From Sandaracinaceae bacterium (lineage in GTDB: Bacteria > Myxococcota_A > Polyangia > Polyangiales > Sandaracinaceae), in contig JBGAQA010000038.1 in the NCBI GenBank assembly GCA_044220955.1, positions 1-60,875 on the forward strand: a stretch of 60,875 bases of DNA. The letters run 5' to 3'. Of this stretch, positions 52,398 through 60,875 are shown one piece after another (position 1 is the first letter of the stretch; the number at the start of each line of letters is the position of its first letter). The notes beneath the pieces were generated by a model. It did not search any database. It was not told the origin of the DNA and saw only the letters and a program-made list of their open reading frames with translations. The translations under genes and the position numbers were made by a program.

Positions 52398-53338
52398 TCG
52401 CGGTGGACGCGCCGCGCCATCAGCCGCGCGAGCGCCTCCTCGGGCCTCAGCTGCCCGTCGAGGATCTCCGCGAGCACGTCGGTGATCGGCGTCTCGAGGC
52501 CCCGGCGTGCCGAGTGCCGCTGCATCCGCCGCGCGATCGCGACGCCCTCGATCGTCGCGCTCGCCTCGCGCCCAGCCTCCTCGATCGACGCGCCGCGCGC
52601 GATCGCGCGGCCGAGCTTCACCTCCGGCCGCTCGTCGCCGAACGCCGCGCTCATGAGATCGCCCACGCCCGCCATGCCCGAGAAGGTCCGCTCCTCCGCG
52701 CCGAACGAGACGCCGAGGCGCGCGGCCTCGGCCATGCCCCGCGTCATCATGATCGACAGCGCGCCCGGCCCGAAGCCGAGCTGCTGCGCGTAGCCGAGCG
52801 CGAGAGCCAACAGGCCGACGAGCGCCGACGCGATCTCGACGCCGATCAGATCCTCGGTCTGGTAGAGGCGCATGCTGGGGCCCGCGATCGCCTCGCGCAC
52901 CGCGTCGCCCACCTCGGGGAAGCTCGATCCGACGATGCCGCCGCCGGGCGTCCCCTCGATGAGCGCCTTGGCGTGGAGCGGGCCGGCCAGGCAGCCGAGG
53001 CGCCGCGCGGCCGTCTCCTCGCGGAGCACCTGGGTCACCGTGCGCAGCTCGTCGCCGACGAGGCCGCGGCTCACGTGCACGACGAGGTGCCGCCCGTCGA
53101 GGTGGCCGCCGAGAGCCCGCGCGACCTCGCGCACGTGCGTCGAGGGCACGGCGACCACGATCAGGTCACACGACGCCAGGTTGGCGAGCGCTCCGGTCCC
53201 GCGTACGCGCTCGCTCCGCGGGATGGCCGCGCTGCGCCGCGAGTGGATGATCGCGTCGTTGCCCACGCGCTCCGCCGCGCGCGCCAGGCCGAGCCCGAAG
53301 CTGCCGCCGCCGACGATGCCGAGAGTCAGCTTGCTCAT
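52394..53338 (-). CDS. GpsA-like NAD(P)H glycerol-3-phosphate dehydrogenase paralogue with degenerate active site
   Basis: GGGSFG, AVPS, D.IGVE, RGMAE..RLG, G.AG.GDL, IEG, PIT present; KN and SRN motifs absent. Confidence 0.82.
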   Translation of the reverse strand: MSKLTLGIVGGGSFGLGLARAAERVGNDAIIHSRRSAAIPRSERVRGTGALANLASCDLIVVAVPSTHVREVARALGGHLDGRHLVVHVSRGLVGDELRTVTQVLREETAARRLGCLAGPLHAKALIEGTPGGGIVGSSFPEVGDAVREAIAGPSMRLYQTEDLIGVEIASALVGLLALALGYAQQLGFGPGALSIMMTRGMAEAARLGVSFGAEERTFSGMAGVGDLMSAAFGDERPEVKLGRAIARGASIEEAGREASATIEGVAIARRMQRHSARRGLETPITDVLAEILDGQLRPEEALARLMARRVHRE

Positions 53339-55077
53339 GCGTGCCCCATGCGCGCGATCTCGCGGGCCGCGGCGAGGTTGCCCTCGTCGGCGATGCGCTC
53401 GGCGTACGCGATGCACCGGTTCTGGTAGTAGAGGAGCAGGGTCGGGTCCTCGAGGATCACGCCGCCGTCGTCGGCGATGCGCAGGATGGTGCGGCGGTGG
53501 TAGCCGTTGAACGCGGCCATCACACGATCGAAGAGCTCGCGCGGCGGGAGCGCGCGCGCGGCCTGGCTGAGCCGCACCTCGCCGCGCTCCTCCATCGCCC
53601 GCAGGCGCTCCTGCGCGAGGCCGAGCTCGCGCTCGAGATCGGCGCGCGGCATCGTGATCTCGCCCCGCTGCCGCAGGCGCCCGAAGAGGTCGACGCCCGG
53701 CGTGTCGCGTACGAGCCGGCGGAAGAGGACGTGCGAGACGAGCTGTGTCCCCATGAGCACGGTCTCGCGCTCGTACACCTTCACGAGGTGCTGGCCCATC
53801 TCGCGCGTGTAGGCCGCGTCGCGTCGGCCGTCGATGCTCGGCTTGCCGCGCGCGCTCACGTAGCCGCCGGGGTCGATCGTGCGTCCGTCGGGCGCGATCG
53901 AGCGGCCCTGCTCGTCCACGGGGTTGCCGAAGGGATCGATCGGGTCGGCGAAGCGCAGCACGGCCGGGCTCTCGACCTCGCCGAGCTTCCGGATGAAGGC
54001 GACCCAGCGGTCGAGCTGCGAGAACTCATCGTCCTCGATGATGTAGCGGGACTTGCCCGCCTCCTTGAGCCAGTCCTCGATCAGCGTCTCGGCCTCGAGG
54101 ACGAGCGCGTAGTTGATCGTCGTCGGGACGAAGAACACGGGGCGATCGATCCCGCGCACGCGGTTGTTCGCGAAGGCCTCGACCGCCGTTCCTGCGAGGC
54201 CGAGCTTGAGCCTGCGCTCGACCATCCCCGAGCGGCTGCGCGTGCCCCCGGGGAAGAAGAGCGAGTGGTAGCCGCGCTCGATCATCACGCACGAGTACGT
54301 CTTCAGGACGTCCTTGTAGAGCTGCGCGCGGATGCGGCGGTCGACGCGGTACGCGCCGAGGTTGTGCATGAAGAAGCTGACGATCGGGTTCGAGAAGAGG
54401 TTCTTGCCGGCGCCGTAGACGACCGGCGGCAGCTCGGCGCGCATGAGCGCGTAGCCGAGCACCACGGAGTCGAGGTTCGAGAGGTGCGTCGGCACGAAGA
54501 CGAGCGTCCCGATCTTGCCGAGGCGCCGGAGGCGCTCGATGTCCCCCTCGGTCGTCATCAGCTCGTCGACCGGGCTGCCGTGGCCGCTGCCGATCGAGGC
54601 GAGGTCCGCGGGCAGGCTCGAGGGCTTGAGGATGCCCGTCAGCGCGTGCGGCACGACGCGCGTCGCGAACGAGTAGACGCGCGGGTCGAAGTTGCCCGCG
54701 ACGTCCTTGGCCATCCGCTCGCAGATCTCGTGGAACATCGCGCGGCGATCCGCGTCGCTCATCTTGCCGACGCGCTTGATGACGCCGCGCCAGAAGCGGA
54801 GCGACTGCTTGGTCTCGTCGTCTCGCTGCGAGTACAGCCGCCGAGCCTCCTCGTTGGCGCAGTCGTTCAGCACGTACTCGAGCGGCGGCTTGGTCGCGGT
54901 GCCTGGCGGCCCGAGCCGCGCCTCGAGGCGCCGCACGACCTCGCGCACGATGTCGTCGCGCTCGCCGTTGAACCAGAAGATCGCGGGATCGTCGGGCTTG
55001 GGCACGTAGGCGCGCATGCGCGGCAGGCGCATCGGGCGCTCGAGCAGGCGCTTCACGGTCGTGAGCGGGGATGCCAT
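53335..55077 (-). CDS. PlsB-like glycerol-3-phosphate/DHAP acyltransferase
   Basis: Block I PTHLSNLD (HxxxxD), GAGKNL, LGAYRVDR, FFPGGTRSRSG, KLGL, PTTINY. Confidence 0.85.
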   Translation of the reverse strand: MASPLTTVKRLLERPMRLPRMRAYVPKPDDPAIFWFNGERDDIVREVVRRLEARLGPPGTATKPPLEYVLNDCANEEARRLYSQRDDETKQSLRFWRGVIKRVGKMSDADRRAMFHEICERMAKDVAGNFDPRVYSFATRVVPHALTGILKPSSLPADLASIGSGHGSPVDELMTTEGDIERLRRLGKIGTLVFVPTHLSNLDSVVLGYALMRAELPPVVYGAGKNLFSNPIVSFFMHNLGAYRVDRRIRAQLYKDVLKTYSCVMIERGYHSLFFPGGTRSRSGMVERRLKLGLAGTAVEAFANNRVRGIDRPVFFVPTTINYALVLEAETLIEDWLKEAGKSRYIIEDDEFSQLDRWVAFIRKLGEVESPAVLRFADPIDPFGNPVDEQGRSIAPDGRTIDPGGYVSARGKPSIDGRRDAAYTREMGQHLVKVYERETVLMGTQLVSHVLFRRLVRDTPGVDLFGRLRQRGEITMPRADLERELGLAQERLRAMEERGEVRLSQAARALPPRELFDRVMAAFNGYHRRTILRIADDGGVILEDPTLLLYYQNRCIAYAERIADEGNLAAAREIARMGHA

Positions 55078-55469
55078 CGCGGCCGACGGTAGCACCGCCG
55101 GTCAGCTTCCGTCCGCGCACGCGCGCTCGCAGCCTCCGTCGGATGCGGACCCCGCGTCGCATCGGGCACCTCCGGAGCACGTTCCGGACGAACACACCCC
55201 GAGAAGCACACGGCTCCCGCGCAGCACGGCTCGCAGAGGCTCCCGCACGTCGGGGGCACTCCTGCGTCACAGAGGACTCCGCCGATGCACGTGCCGGCGC
55301 GGCAGCTCCCGGCGTAGCACGTGTCACCCGGGCAGCACCGACCGCAGAGCCGCCCGCAACCGGTCGGCGGGTGGCTCTGCGCGCAGCCGAGGACGAGCAC
55401 CCACGCCGCGACGAACGCTCGGACGCCGAGAGCCGATGGCGCGCATCGCGTTCTGCAGCGTCTCTCCAT
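55053..55469 (-). CDS. Small Cys-rich putative lipoprotein
   Basis: VLVLG-C lipobox, then two CG.LC..CC.G..C..G.C units; the tail overlaps the acyltransferase start. Confidence 0.5.
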   Translation of the reverse strand: MERRCRTRCAPSALGVRAFVAAWVLVLGCAQSHPPTGCGRLCGRCCPGDTCYAGSCRAGTCIGGVLCDAGVPPTCGSLCEPCCAGAVCFSGCVRPERAPEVPDATRGPHPTEAASARARTEADRRCYRRPRWHPRSRP

Positions 55470-55736
55470 CCGACGAGCGTCCGGGCTTCGTGCCTGGGCG
55501 TCAACGCGGACGCCGACGGCGACGCCCTCACGCCCGCGGGCGCGCCTCGCAGATCGCCCTCTCACCGCTTTCGGGTGGCAGGATCTCGCAGGCATCGACC
55601 CGATCGCGCGAGGGAGAGAAGAGGCCGTCGCGCCACGCGAGGCCGCAGTGGCCGTGACCTGGGCCGGCGCCGCTCGTGGCGAACGGGAGCTGCTCGCCGC
55701 GCTCGAGGCGCATCAGCTCGCGGCACTTGAGCCGCG

Positions 55737-56879
55737 TCAAACGAGCCGCTCCGGCGCCGGGTGGCTCTCGGCGCGCTCCTTCAGGTGCCGCAGCTGCGCG
55801 CGCTCCATGAAGTGGTGCACGGTGAGCTCCGCGCGCGCCCGCCAGACGAGGTGCTCGGGCGCCCAGTCGCCGCGCACGCGCACGAGCAGGCGCGTCCCGC
55901 CGCTGGCGGTCGGCTCGAGCACGAACGCCCACGTCACGCGCCAGAATCGAGGCGGCATCGGTCCCGCCATCGTGATGGGCGTGCCGGTGTCGAGGTCCAG
56001 CGCGACCGCGAGGACGAGCGCACGCTCGGGCTCGATCGCCGCGACGGTGAACCCGTCCTTCGACCCCGGCAGCACCGGGATCGTCTGACCGAGCTCCAGC
56101 CGGGTCAGCGCGGGATCGAGCGTCGTCAGGCTCGGCCGGCCGGCGTTGTCGAGCCAGTCGTACGCGTACCAGCCGGCGCGGTCGGCGCCCATCTGCAGGA
56201 GCCAGGGCCACACGCGTGCCGGCGCCGCGTCGATGGTGATGGCGTCGGTGTGCCCGGCGAGCGCGTCGGGGATCAGCGCGTCGCCCGGGAGCGCGAGCGC
56301 GGCCTCCGCGTCGGCGGCCGTGCCGAGCGAGCGCGCGACGCGGGCGAGCATGAGGCGGCGGATCAAGCGCGAGAAGGGCCCGATGAGGGCGAAGTAGCGC
56401 GTGAAGCGCGGCCACGAGGCCTCGTCGGTCGTGGTGACGCGGACCTCCATGGTGATGCGCGACGTCGCGCTCGTGACGGGGTCGGCGCGCAGCTCCCAGC
56501 ACACCTTCGCCTCGCCCGGCTCGGCGTACGCGGCATAGGCCGCGGGATCGACGTCGACGAACGGGATCACCGGCTCCCACACGCGCCCGATCGCGCCCAC
56601 CGCGAAGCCGCGGCCCGGCTCGACGTGGAGCAGTCGGAAGCCGTGGGTCGAGGCCATGATCGTCTTCATCCGCAGGTCCCAGGGCTCGGGGTCGCGGCCG
56701 GCCAGGCGCTCCGGGATCGCGCGCGCGGCGAACAGGGCCTTGGCGATGGGGAGGCTCCCGAGGTCGAGAGACTCGAGCGCCCGGAACGCCGCATCGAGCG
56801 GGATGCCGACGTCGACGGAGTCGACCTCGCGCAGGCGTGGGGAGGGGATGAACGCGTCCAGGGTGGCCACGCGTGGCAC
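55737..56879 (-). CDS. DUF2867-like plus SRPBCC-like two-domain protein
   Basis: N-half F.RYF.LIGPFS.LIRR; C-half LPGD.LI, AITIDA.P..VWPWL.QMG..RAGWY.YDWLDN, HF.MER..L..LK.RAE. Confidence 0.72.
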   Translation of the reverse strand: MPRVATLDAFIPSPRLREVDSVDVGIPLDAAFRALESLDLGSLPIAKALFAARAIPERLAGRDPEPWDLRMKTIMASTHGFRLLHVEPGRGFAVGAIGRVWEPVIPFVDVDPAAYAAYAEPGEAKVCWELRADPVTSATSRITMEVRVTTTDEASWPRFTRYFALIGPFSRLIRRLMLARVARSLGTAADAEAALALPGDALIPDALAGHTDAITIDAAPARVWPWLLQMGADRAGWYAYDWLDNAGRPSLTTLDPALTRLELGQTIPVLPGSKDGFTVAAIEPERALVLAVALDLDTGTPITMAGPMPPRFWRVTWAFVLEPTASGGTRLLVRVRGDWAPEHLVWRARAELTVHHFMERAQLRHLKERAESHPAPERLV

Positions 56880-56907
56880 GTAGGCGCGTGGCGGCGCCTC
56901 GCAAGCG

Positions 56908-57294
56908 TCAGCGCGTCAGGGCGAGGATCGCGGCCGTCGCGAGGAGCGTGGCCCCGAGACCCGCGAGGGTGAGCGGGCCCATCCAGAGCTCCGCGGGGCG
57001 ATCGACTCGGGCCGTCTGCGCCGCGCCGCCGACGAGCACCGCGACCGGGCTCCCGATCGCGGGCCGGCCGTCCTCCGAGGCGAGCTCCGCGAAGAACAAG
57101 GCCTCGCTGCCGTCGTCCGCCGGATACGCGATGGTCTGCGTCCAGCTCCGCTCGTCACCCGTCCCCGAGACCGACTCGTCGAGGACGCGCCCGACGACGC
57201 GCCGCGCGCCTCGGACGAAGCGGAGGCGCGCGAGCGCCCAGCCCGCGCTACCGAGCAGCGCGGCCACGCCCACGGCGAGCGCTACGAAGGCCAT
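56908..57294 (-). CDS. DUF3592-like small membrane protein
   Basis: TM - beta region (G.V, I.Y..DG, G..V.V) - TM; GGTGAG before ATG 57294. Confidence 0.6.
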   Translation of the reverse strand: MAFVALAVGVAALLGSAGWALARLRFVRGARRVVGRVLDESVSGTGDERSWTQTIAYPADDGSEALFFAELASEDGRPAIGSPVAVLVGGAAQTARVDRPAELWMGPLTLAGLGATLLATAAILALTR

Positions 57295-57482
57295 CGGCTC
57301 ACCGCGGAGCGCGGGGCGAGCTGTCGTTCCGACCGGGGCACGCGCACGATGCTCGCGTGCGGCGAAGGCACCGTCAACGCGCTCGCCACGCCGGCCGGCA
57401 GGCGGCGTCGGCCGAGCGGCCGAGCCGCGTTGCGCGCGATCACCCCACCGCTGCCGCATCGCGGCGATGCTCCGGGGCCTCC

Positions 57483-58754
57483 ATGCGATCCCCCGAGCGG
57501 GAGCGTCCCTCGACGCGAGACGAGACCGACGAGCTGGCCGCGTACCTCGCGCGGATGACGCTCGCGACGCATGGGCCTGCGCCCGCGCTCGTGCCGAGCC
57601 TCCCGTTCGAGCCGCTGCCGCCGATGCGGGCCGCCACGCGCCTCGCGATCGAGGCCGCGGCGCTGGAGGCCAACGATCGCTACCTCGAGACCTTCCTCGA
57701 GCCCCACTCGTTCTGCCCTTTCTCGCGCGGCGGCAGGCAGCGCGGGCAGACGCTGCGGGTCGTCCACCACGCCGACGCGCCCGACGTCGCGCCTTTCCTC
57801 GAGCGGCTCCTCGCCGCTGCGGACGATCCCAGTCGAGCGGTGGTCCAGCTCATCGTGCCCATGATCGAGGTCTCCCCGGAGGCATGGAGCGCCTTCTGCC
57901 ACGCGCTCACCGCAGCGGGGAACGAGCGCCTGCGCGCGAAGACGGGCCAGGACGTGTTCGCGGTCGCGCCGCTCCACCCGGAGCTTCCGTATCGGACCGT
58001 CAATCCGTTCGCGCTCATCCCGCTGTTTCGACGCACGCCCGACCCGACCATCCAGTGGGTCCGCCTCGACGCGCTCGAGAAGCTCTACGCGGGTCGCGGG
58101 GGCGACACGACGTACGCCGATCCGGACGATCTCGAGGGCTTCCTCGCACGACCTCGCAAGAACCCGCTCTTCGATCGGATCGCAGAGACGAACGAGAGGA
58201 TGGCGCGCCGCCTCGGGATCGCGGAGGTGGAGCGCACGCTCGCCTCGCTCAGCCGCCAGGCGAAGGAGCGCTACGCGCGGCTGCTGCTGAGCGATGCGCC
58301 GACGACGAGCGCGCGGTCCGCGGGTTGCCCGCACCACCACGCACCGGCGACGGACGCGACGCCGCCGACGCCGGCGCTCTTCGAGCGTGACGGCCGCTGG
58401 GCGCTCGTCGGGGCGAGCGAGCTCGCGCCCCGCGTCCCGCGTCGCTTCCTCGCCGACGGCGTCGAGCTGGTCGCGGTCCGCGTCGAGGACGAGGTCCACG
58501 TGCTGCACGGTCGCTGTCCGCACCGGCACGCACCGCTCACCGACGCGCTCGTCGAGACCGATCGCCTCGTCTGCCCGCACCACGGCTGGGACTTCGAGCT
58601 CGCGTCGGGGCTCAGCCGAGGCGTGCCCGGCGAGTCCGTCGCGCGCTTCCGCAGCTTCGTCGAGGACGAGCTGGTGTGGGTGGAGGCCGAGGAGCTGCGG
58701 CACTGGCGGCGGACGCACCTCGAGGTGTTCCGCAGCGACGACTCGCTGCTCTGA
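57483..58754 (+). CDS. DUF1415-like domain fused to a C-terminal Rieske [2Fe-2S] domain
   Basis: FCPFS, PLHP, RRTPDPTIQWVR, IAETN; Rieske CPHRHA..(16)..CPHHGW. Start uncertain (57483 or about 57555). Confidence 0.78.
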   Translation: MRSPERERPSTRDETDELAAYLARMTLATHGPAPALVPSLPFEPLPPMRAATRLAIEAAALEANDRYLETFLEPHSFCPFSRGGRQRGQTLRVVHHADAPDVAPFLERLLAAADDPSRAVVQLIVPMIEVSPEAWSAFCHALTAAGNERLRAKTGQDVFAVAPLHPELPYRTVNPFALIPLFRRTPDPTIQWVRLDALEKLYAGRGGDTTYADPDDLEGFLARPRKNPLFDRIAETNERMARRLGIAEVERTLASLSRQAKERYARLLLSDAPTTSARSAGCPHHHAPATDATPPTPALFERDGRWALVGASELAPRVPRRFLADGVELVAVRVEDEVHVLHGRCPHRHAPLTDALVETDRLVCPHHGWDFELASGLSRGVPGESVARFRSFVEDELVWVEAEELRHWRRTHLEVFRSDDSLL

Positions 58755-58800
58755 GCCCGAGACGCGGGTGCGCCCGACCACCGGTTCGCCCTCGCTCGGC

Positions 58801-59388
58801 TCAGCGGATCTCGAAGTCGTCCTGCGCGAGCACCGTGCCGCTCTCGTCGCGGATGATCGCGCTCCATTCGCCGGGCGAGCGCGTGAGGCGCGTCCAGGCC
58901 CAGGTGCGGAAGCGGGCGCTGTGCGGCGGGACCTCGAGGGTGACGTGGCCCGTCGAGCGCTGGCCGTTCTCGAACGTCACCTCGAGCTCGCGCGGCTCGT
59001 CGGTCGGGTTCGCGACGTCGACGAACGCGTAGATGCGGTCCTCCGAGTCGTCGAACGCCGTCGGGTGATCGATCGGCTCGCGGCGATCGATGCCGCTCGT
59101 GACCTGCATCCGGCGGATCGAGAGGGTGCCCGACGGACGCGCGGGCGAGGGCGAGGGCGAGGGCGAGGGCGAGGGCGAGGGCGAGGGCGAGGGCGAGGGC
59201 GCGGGCGAGGGCGGGGTCGAGGTCGAGGTCGAGGGCGAGGGCGAGGGCGAGGGCGAGGGCGAGGGCGACACCGCCACCGGCTCCCGCTCTGCGGCCCGCG
59301 CGCCCATCACCTCGCCCCCGAGCGCGAACCCCGCGCCGCCGAAGGTCATCGCCGCCAGAACCACCCCCCTCATCACGCGCTTGCTCAT
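58801..59388 (-). CDS. DUF2914-like secreted protein with Ser-Pro repeat linker
   Basis: Signal/TM, (SP)n linker, GI..REP, IYAF, RFRTW, GEW...I.DE.G.VL...F. Start ATG 59388 after AGGAG. Confidence 0.75.
   Translation of the reverse strand: MSKRVMRGVVLAAMTFGGAGFALGGEVMGARAAEREPVAVSPSPSPSPSPSPSTSTSTPPSPAPSPSPSPSPSPSPSPSPSPARPSGTLSIRRMQVTSGIDRREPIDHPTAFDDSEDRIYAFVDVANPTDEPRELEVTFENGQRSTGHVTLEVPPHSARFRTWAWTRLTRSPGEWSAIIRDESGTVLAQDDFEIR
59144..59266. repeat. Coding hexamer repeats (GGCGAG)n/(GTCGAG)n encoding a Ser-Pro/Ser-Thr linker
   Basis: Read directly; in frame within the DUF2914-like gene. Confidence 0.9.
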
Positions 59389-59415
59389 CGTCTCCTGCCT
59401 TTCGGGCCGGGAGGG

Positions 59416-59431
59416 AGCACGCCGCCGGCCA
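59416..59431 (-). promoter_or_regulatory. Possible sigma54 promoter
   Basis: TGGCCGG-CGGC-GTGCT (GG-N10-GC) 27 nt upstream of ATG 59388. Confidence 0.4.
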
Positions 59432-59680
59432 GCGCCGTTTTCCCGCGAAACCGCCGCGGTATCCGGGCGCCCCGTGTCCTGCCGGACACGAGCGGCGAGG
59501 CCTCTGCACACGCCGAAGATCGCGACCGACGCATCCACGTGGGCGTCCCGCCGCCGCTCGTCGCGGGCGCGATCGCGAGCGCGTGGCCGGCGTACGCGCT
59601 CGACGTGATCGGGGTCGGCGGCGGCCTCGCGGCGTTCGCGGTGCTCTGGGCATGGAGAGGCGGCGCGAGCGCGTCGCCCC

Positions 59681-60874
59681 TCACAGGTTGAGCTTGATGC
59701 TGTTCTTCGAGAGCAGATCGCGGAAGGAGTTCTTGTCGTTGGACTTCATGAACGCCTCTTCCGGCTCGACGAGGTCCGTCTTCACCAGCTCGAGCAGGTG
59801 ATCGTTCATCGTCTGCATGCCGAGGGCGCGGCCCGTCTGCATGACGCTCGCGAGCTGGAAGGTCTTGCCCTCGCGGATCAGGTTCGCGCAGGCCGGCGTG
59901 GCGATCAGGATCTCGTACGCCGCGACGCGCCCGCCGCCCTTCTTCTTGCAGAGCATCTGGGACACGACGCCGCGGATCGACTCGCTCAGCATCGTCCGGA
60001 TCTGCTCCTGCCGGTCGGCCGGGAACTGATCGATGATGCGGTCGACGGTGCTCGGGGCGCTCGTCGTGTGCAGCGTGCCGAAGACGAGGTGGCCGGTCTC
60101 GGCGGTCTCGATCGCGATGGCGATGGTCTCGAGGTCGCGCATCTCGCCGACGAGCACGACGTCGGGATCCTCGCGGAGGGCCGCGCGAAGGGCGGACTTG
60201 AAGCTCTGGGTGTGCACGCCGACCTCGCGCTGGTTCACGAGGCAGTTCTTGGTCGGGTGCACGAACTCGATCGGGTCCTCGATCGTGATGATGTGGTCGT
60301 GCCGCTTCTCGTTCACGACGTCGAGCAGGGCGGCGAGCGTCGTCGACTTGCCGCTGCCGGTCGGGCCGGTGACCAGGACGAGCCCTTTCGACAGGTAGCA
60401 GAGGTCGAGCACCTTCGGCGGGACCCCGAGCTGCTCGGGCGTGAGGATCTTGAAGGGGATCTGGCGGAAGACGGCGCCGATGCCCTTGCGATCCATGAAG
60501 TAGTTGGCGCGAAAGCGCGCGAGGCCCTCGATGGGGTGCGCGAAGTCGGTGTCGTTCGTCTCGTCGAACTGCGCCCGGTTCCGCGCCGGGACGATCTCCA
60601 TCAGGACGTTGCGGAGCTCGTCGCTCGAGACCGCGGGCCGATCGAAGAGCGGGACCATCTCGCCGTGACGGCGGACCAGCGGCGTCGTGTCGCTGGTGCA
60701 GTGCAGATCGCTCGCGCCCACGGCGACCATCATCCGCAGCCAGTGGTTGAGCTTCGGCTCGCCGGGCACGGGCTCGATGCGCGTGCCGGTCGCGGCGACG
60801 GCGCTGACCTTCGCGGCCTGCGCGGCGTGCTCGGCGCTCTGGGCCGGCGTTGTGGCGGTCTTGGGGGCCGCCGT
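59681..60874 (-). CDS. pilT: Type IV pilus retraction ATPase PilT-like (5' end beyond window)
   Basis: ASDLH, GPTGSGKSTT, TIEDPIEF, ALREDPDVVLVGEMRD, AETGHLVFGTLH, ANLIREGK, GMQT; frame stays open to the window edge through an Ala/Thr-rich linker. Confidence 0.93.
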   Translation of the reverse strand, partial: TAAPKTATTPAQSAEHAAQAAKVSAVAATGTRIEPVPGEPKLNHWLRMMVAVGASDLHCTSDTTPLVRRHGEMVPLFDRPAVSSDELRNVLMEIVPARNRAQFDETNDTDFAHPIEGLARFRANYFMDRKGIGAVFRQIPFKILTPEQLGVPPKVLDLCYLSKGLVLVTGPTGSGKSTTLAALLDVVNEKRHDHIITIEDPIEFVHPTKNCLVNQREVGVHTQSFKSALRAALREDPDVVLVGEMRDLETIAIAIETAETGHLVFGTLHTTSAPSTVDRIIDQFPADRQEQIRTMLSESIRGVVSQMLCKKKGGGRVAAYEILIATPACANLIREGKTFQLASVMQTGRALGMQTMNDHLLELVKTDLVEPEEAFMKSNDKNSFRDLLSKNSIKLNL

Positions 60875-60875
60875 G

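Overview
Very GC-rich chromosomal segment of a myxobacterium. The gene content and the many lipoproteins with Asp-Ala/Thr-Gly linkers suggest Polyangiales, Sandaracinus-like (inference). About 56 real CDSs can be separated from the many shadow ORFs. Housekeeping genes: glnE, yajC-secD-secF-recJ, secA, a plsB-like acyltransferase, a gpsA-like gene, dciA and a partial pilT. Signalling genes: TetR, an FHA-GGDEF cyclase, an OmpR-type two-component pair, a class III nucleotide cyclase and an NtrC-type activator. Envelope genes: an exbB-exbD-tonB triad next to a TraB-like OmpA/TSP3 protein, plus many Cys-rich or secreted lipoproteins. No rRNA, tRNA, CRISPR array, integrase or transposase was recognised, and no single clear-cut new multi-gene system stands out. 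Best leads: (1) a GpsA paralogue lacking its catalytic Lys and SRN motif, coupled to an atypical PlsB-like enzyme; (2) a gapless 161-bp foldback element at 50317-50477 whose terminal 12-mer recurs at 33043; (3) TANNNT -10 boxes 5-10 nt before at least 12 start codons lacking a Shine-Dalgarno, suggesting widespread leaderless mRNAs; (4) a DUF1415-like/Rieske fusion; (5) a secreted PHM-type copper monooxygenase; (6) an orphan Ton motor with a TraB-like partner; (7) an unannotated 58-aa Zn-ribbon protein and a small repeat protein ending in a MinD-like membrane helix; (8) structured intergenic DNA. All family calls come from motif recognition by eye, not from database searches.
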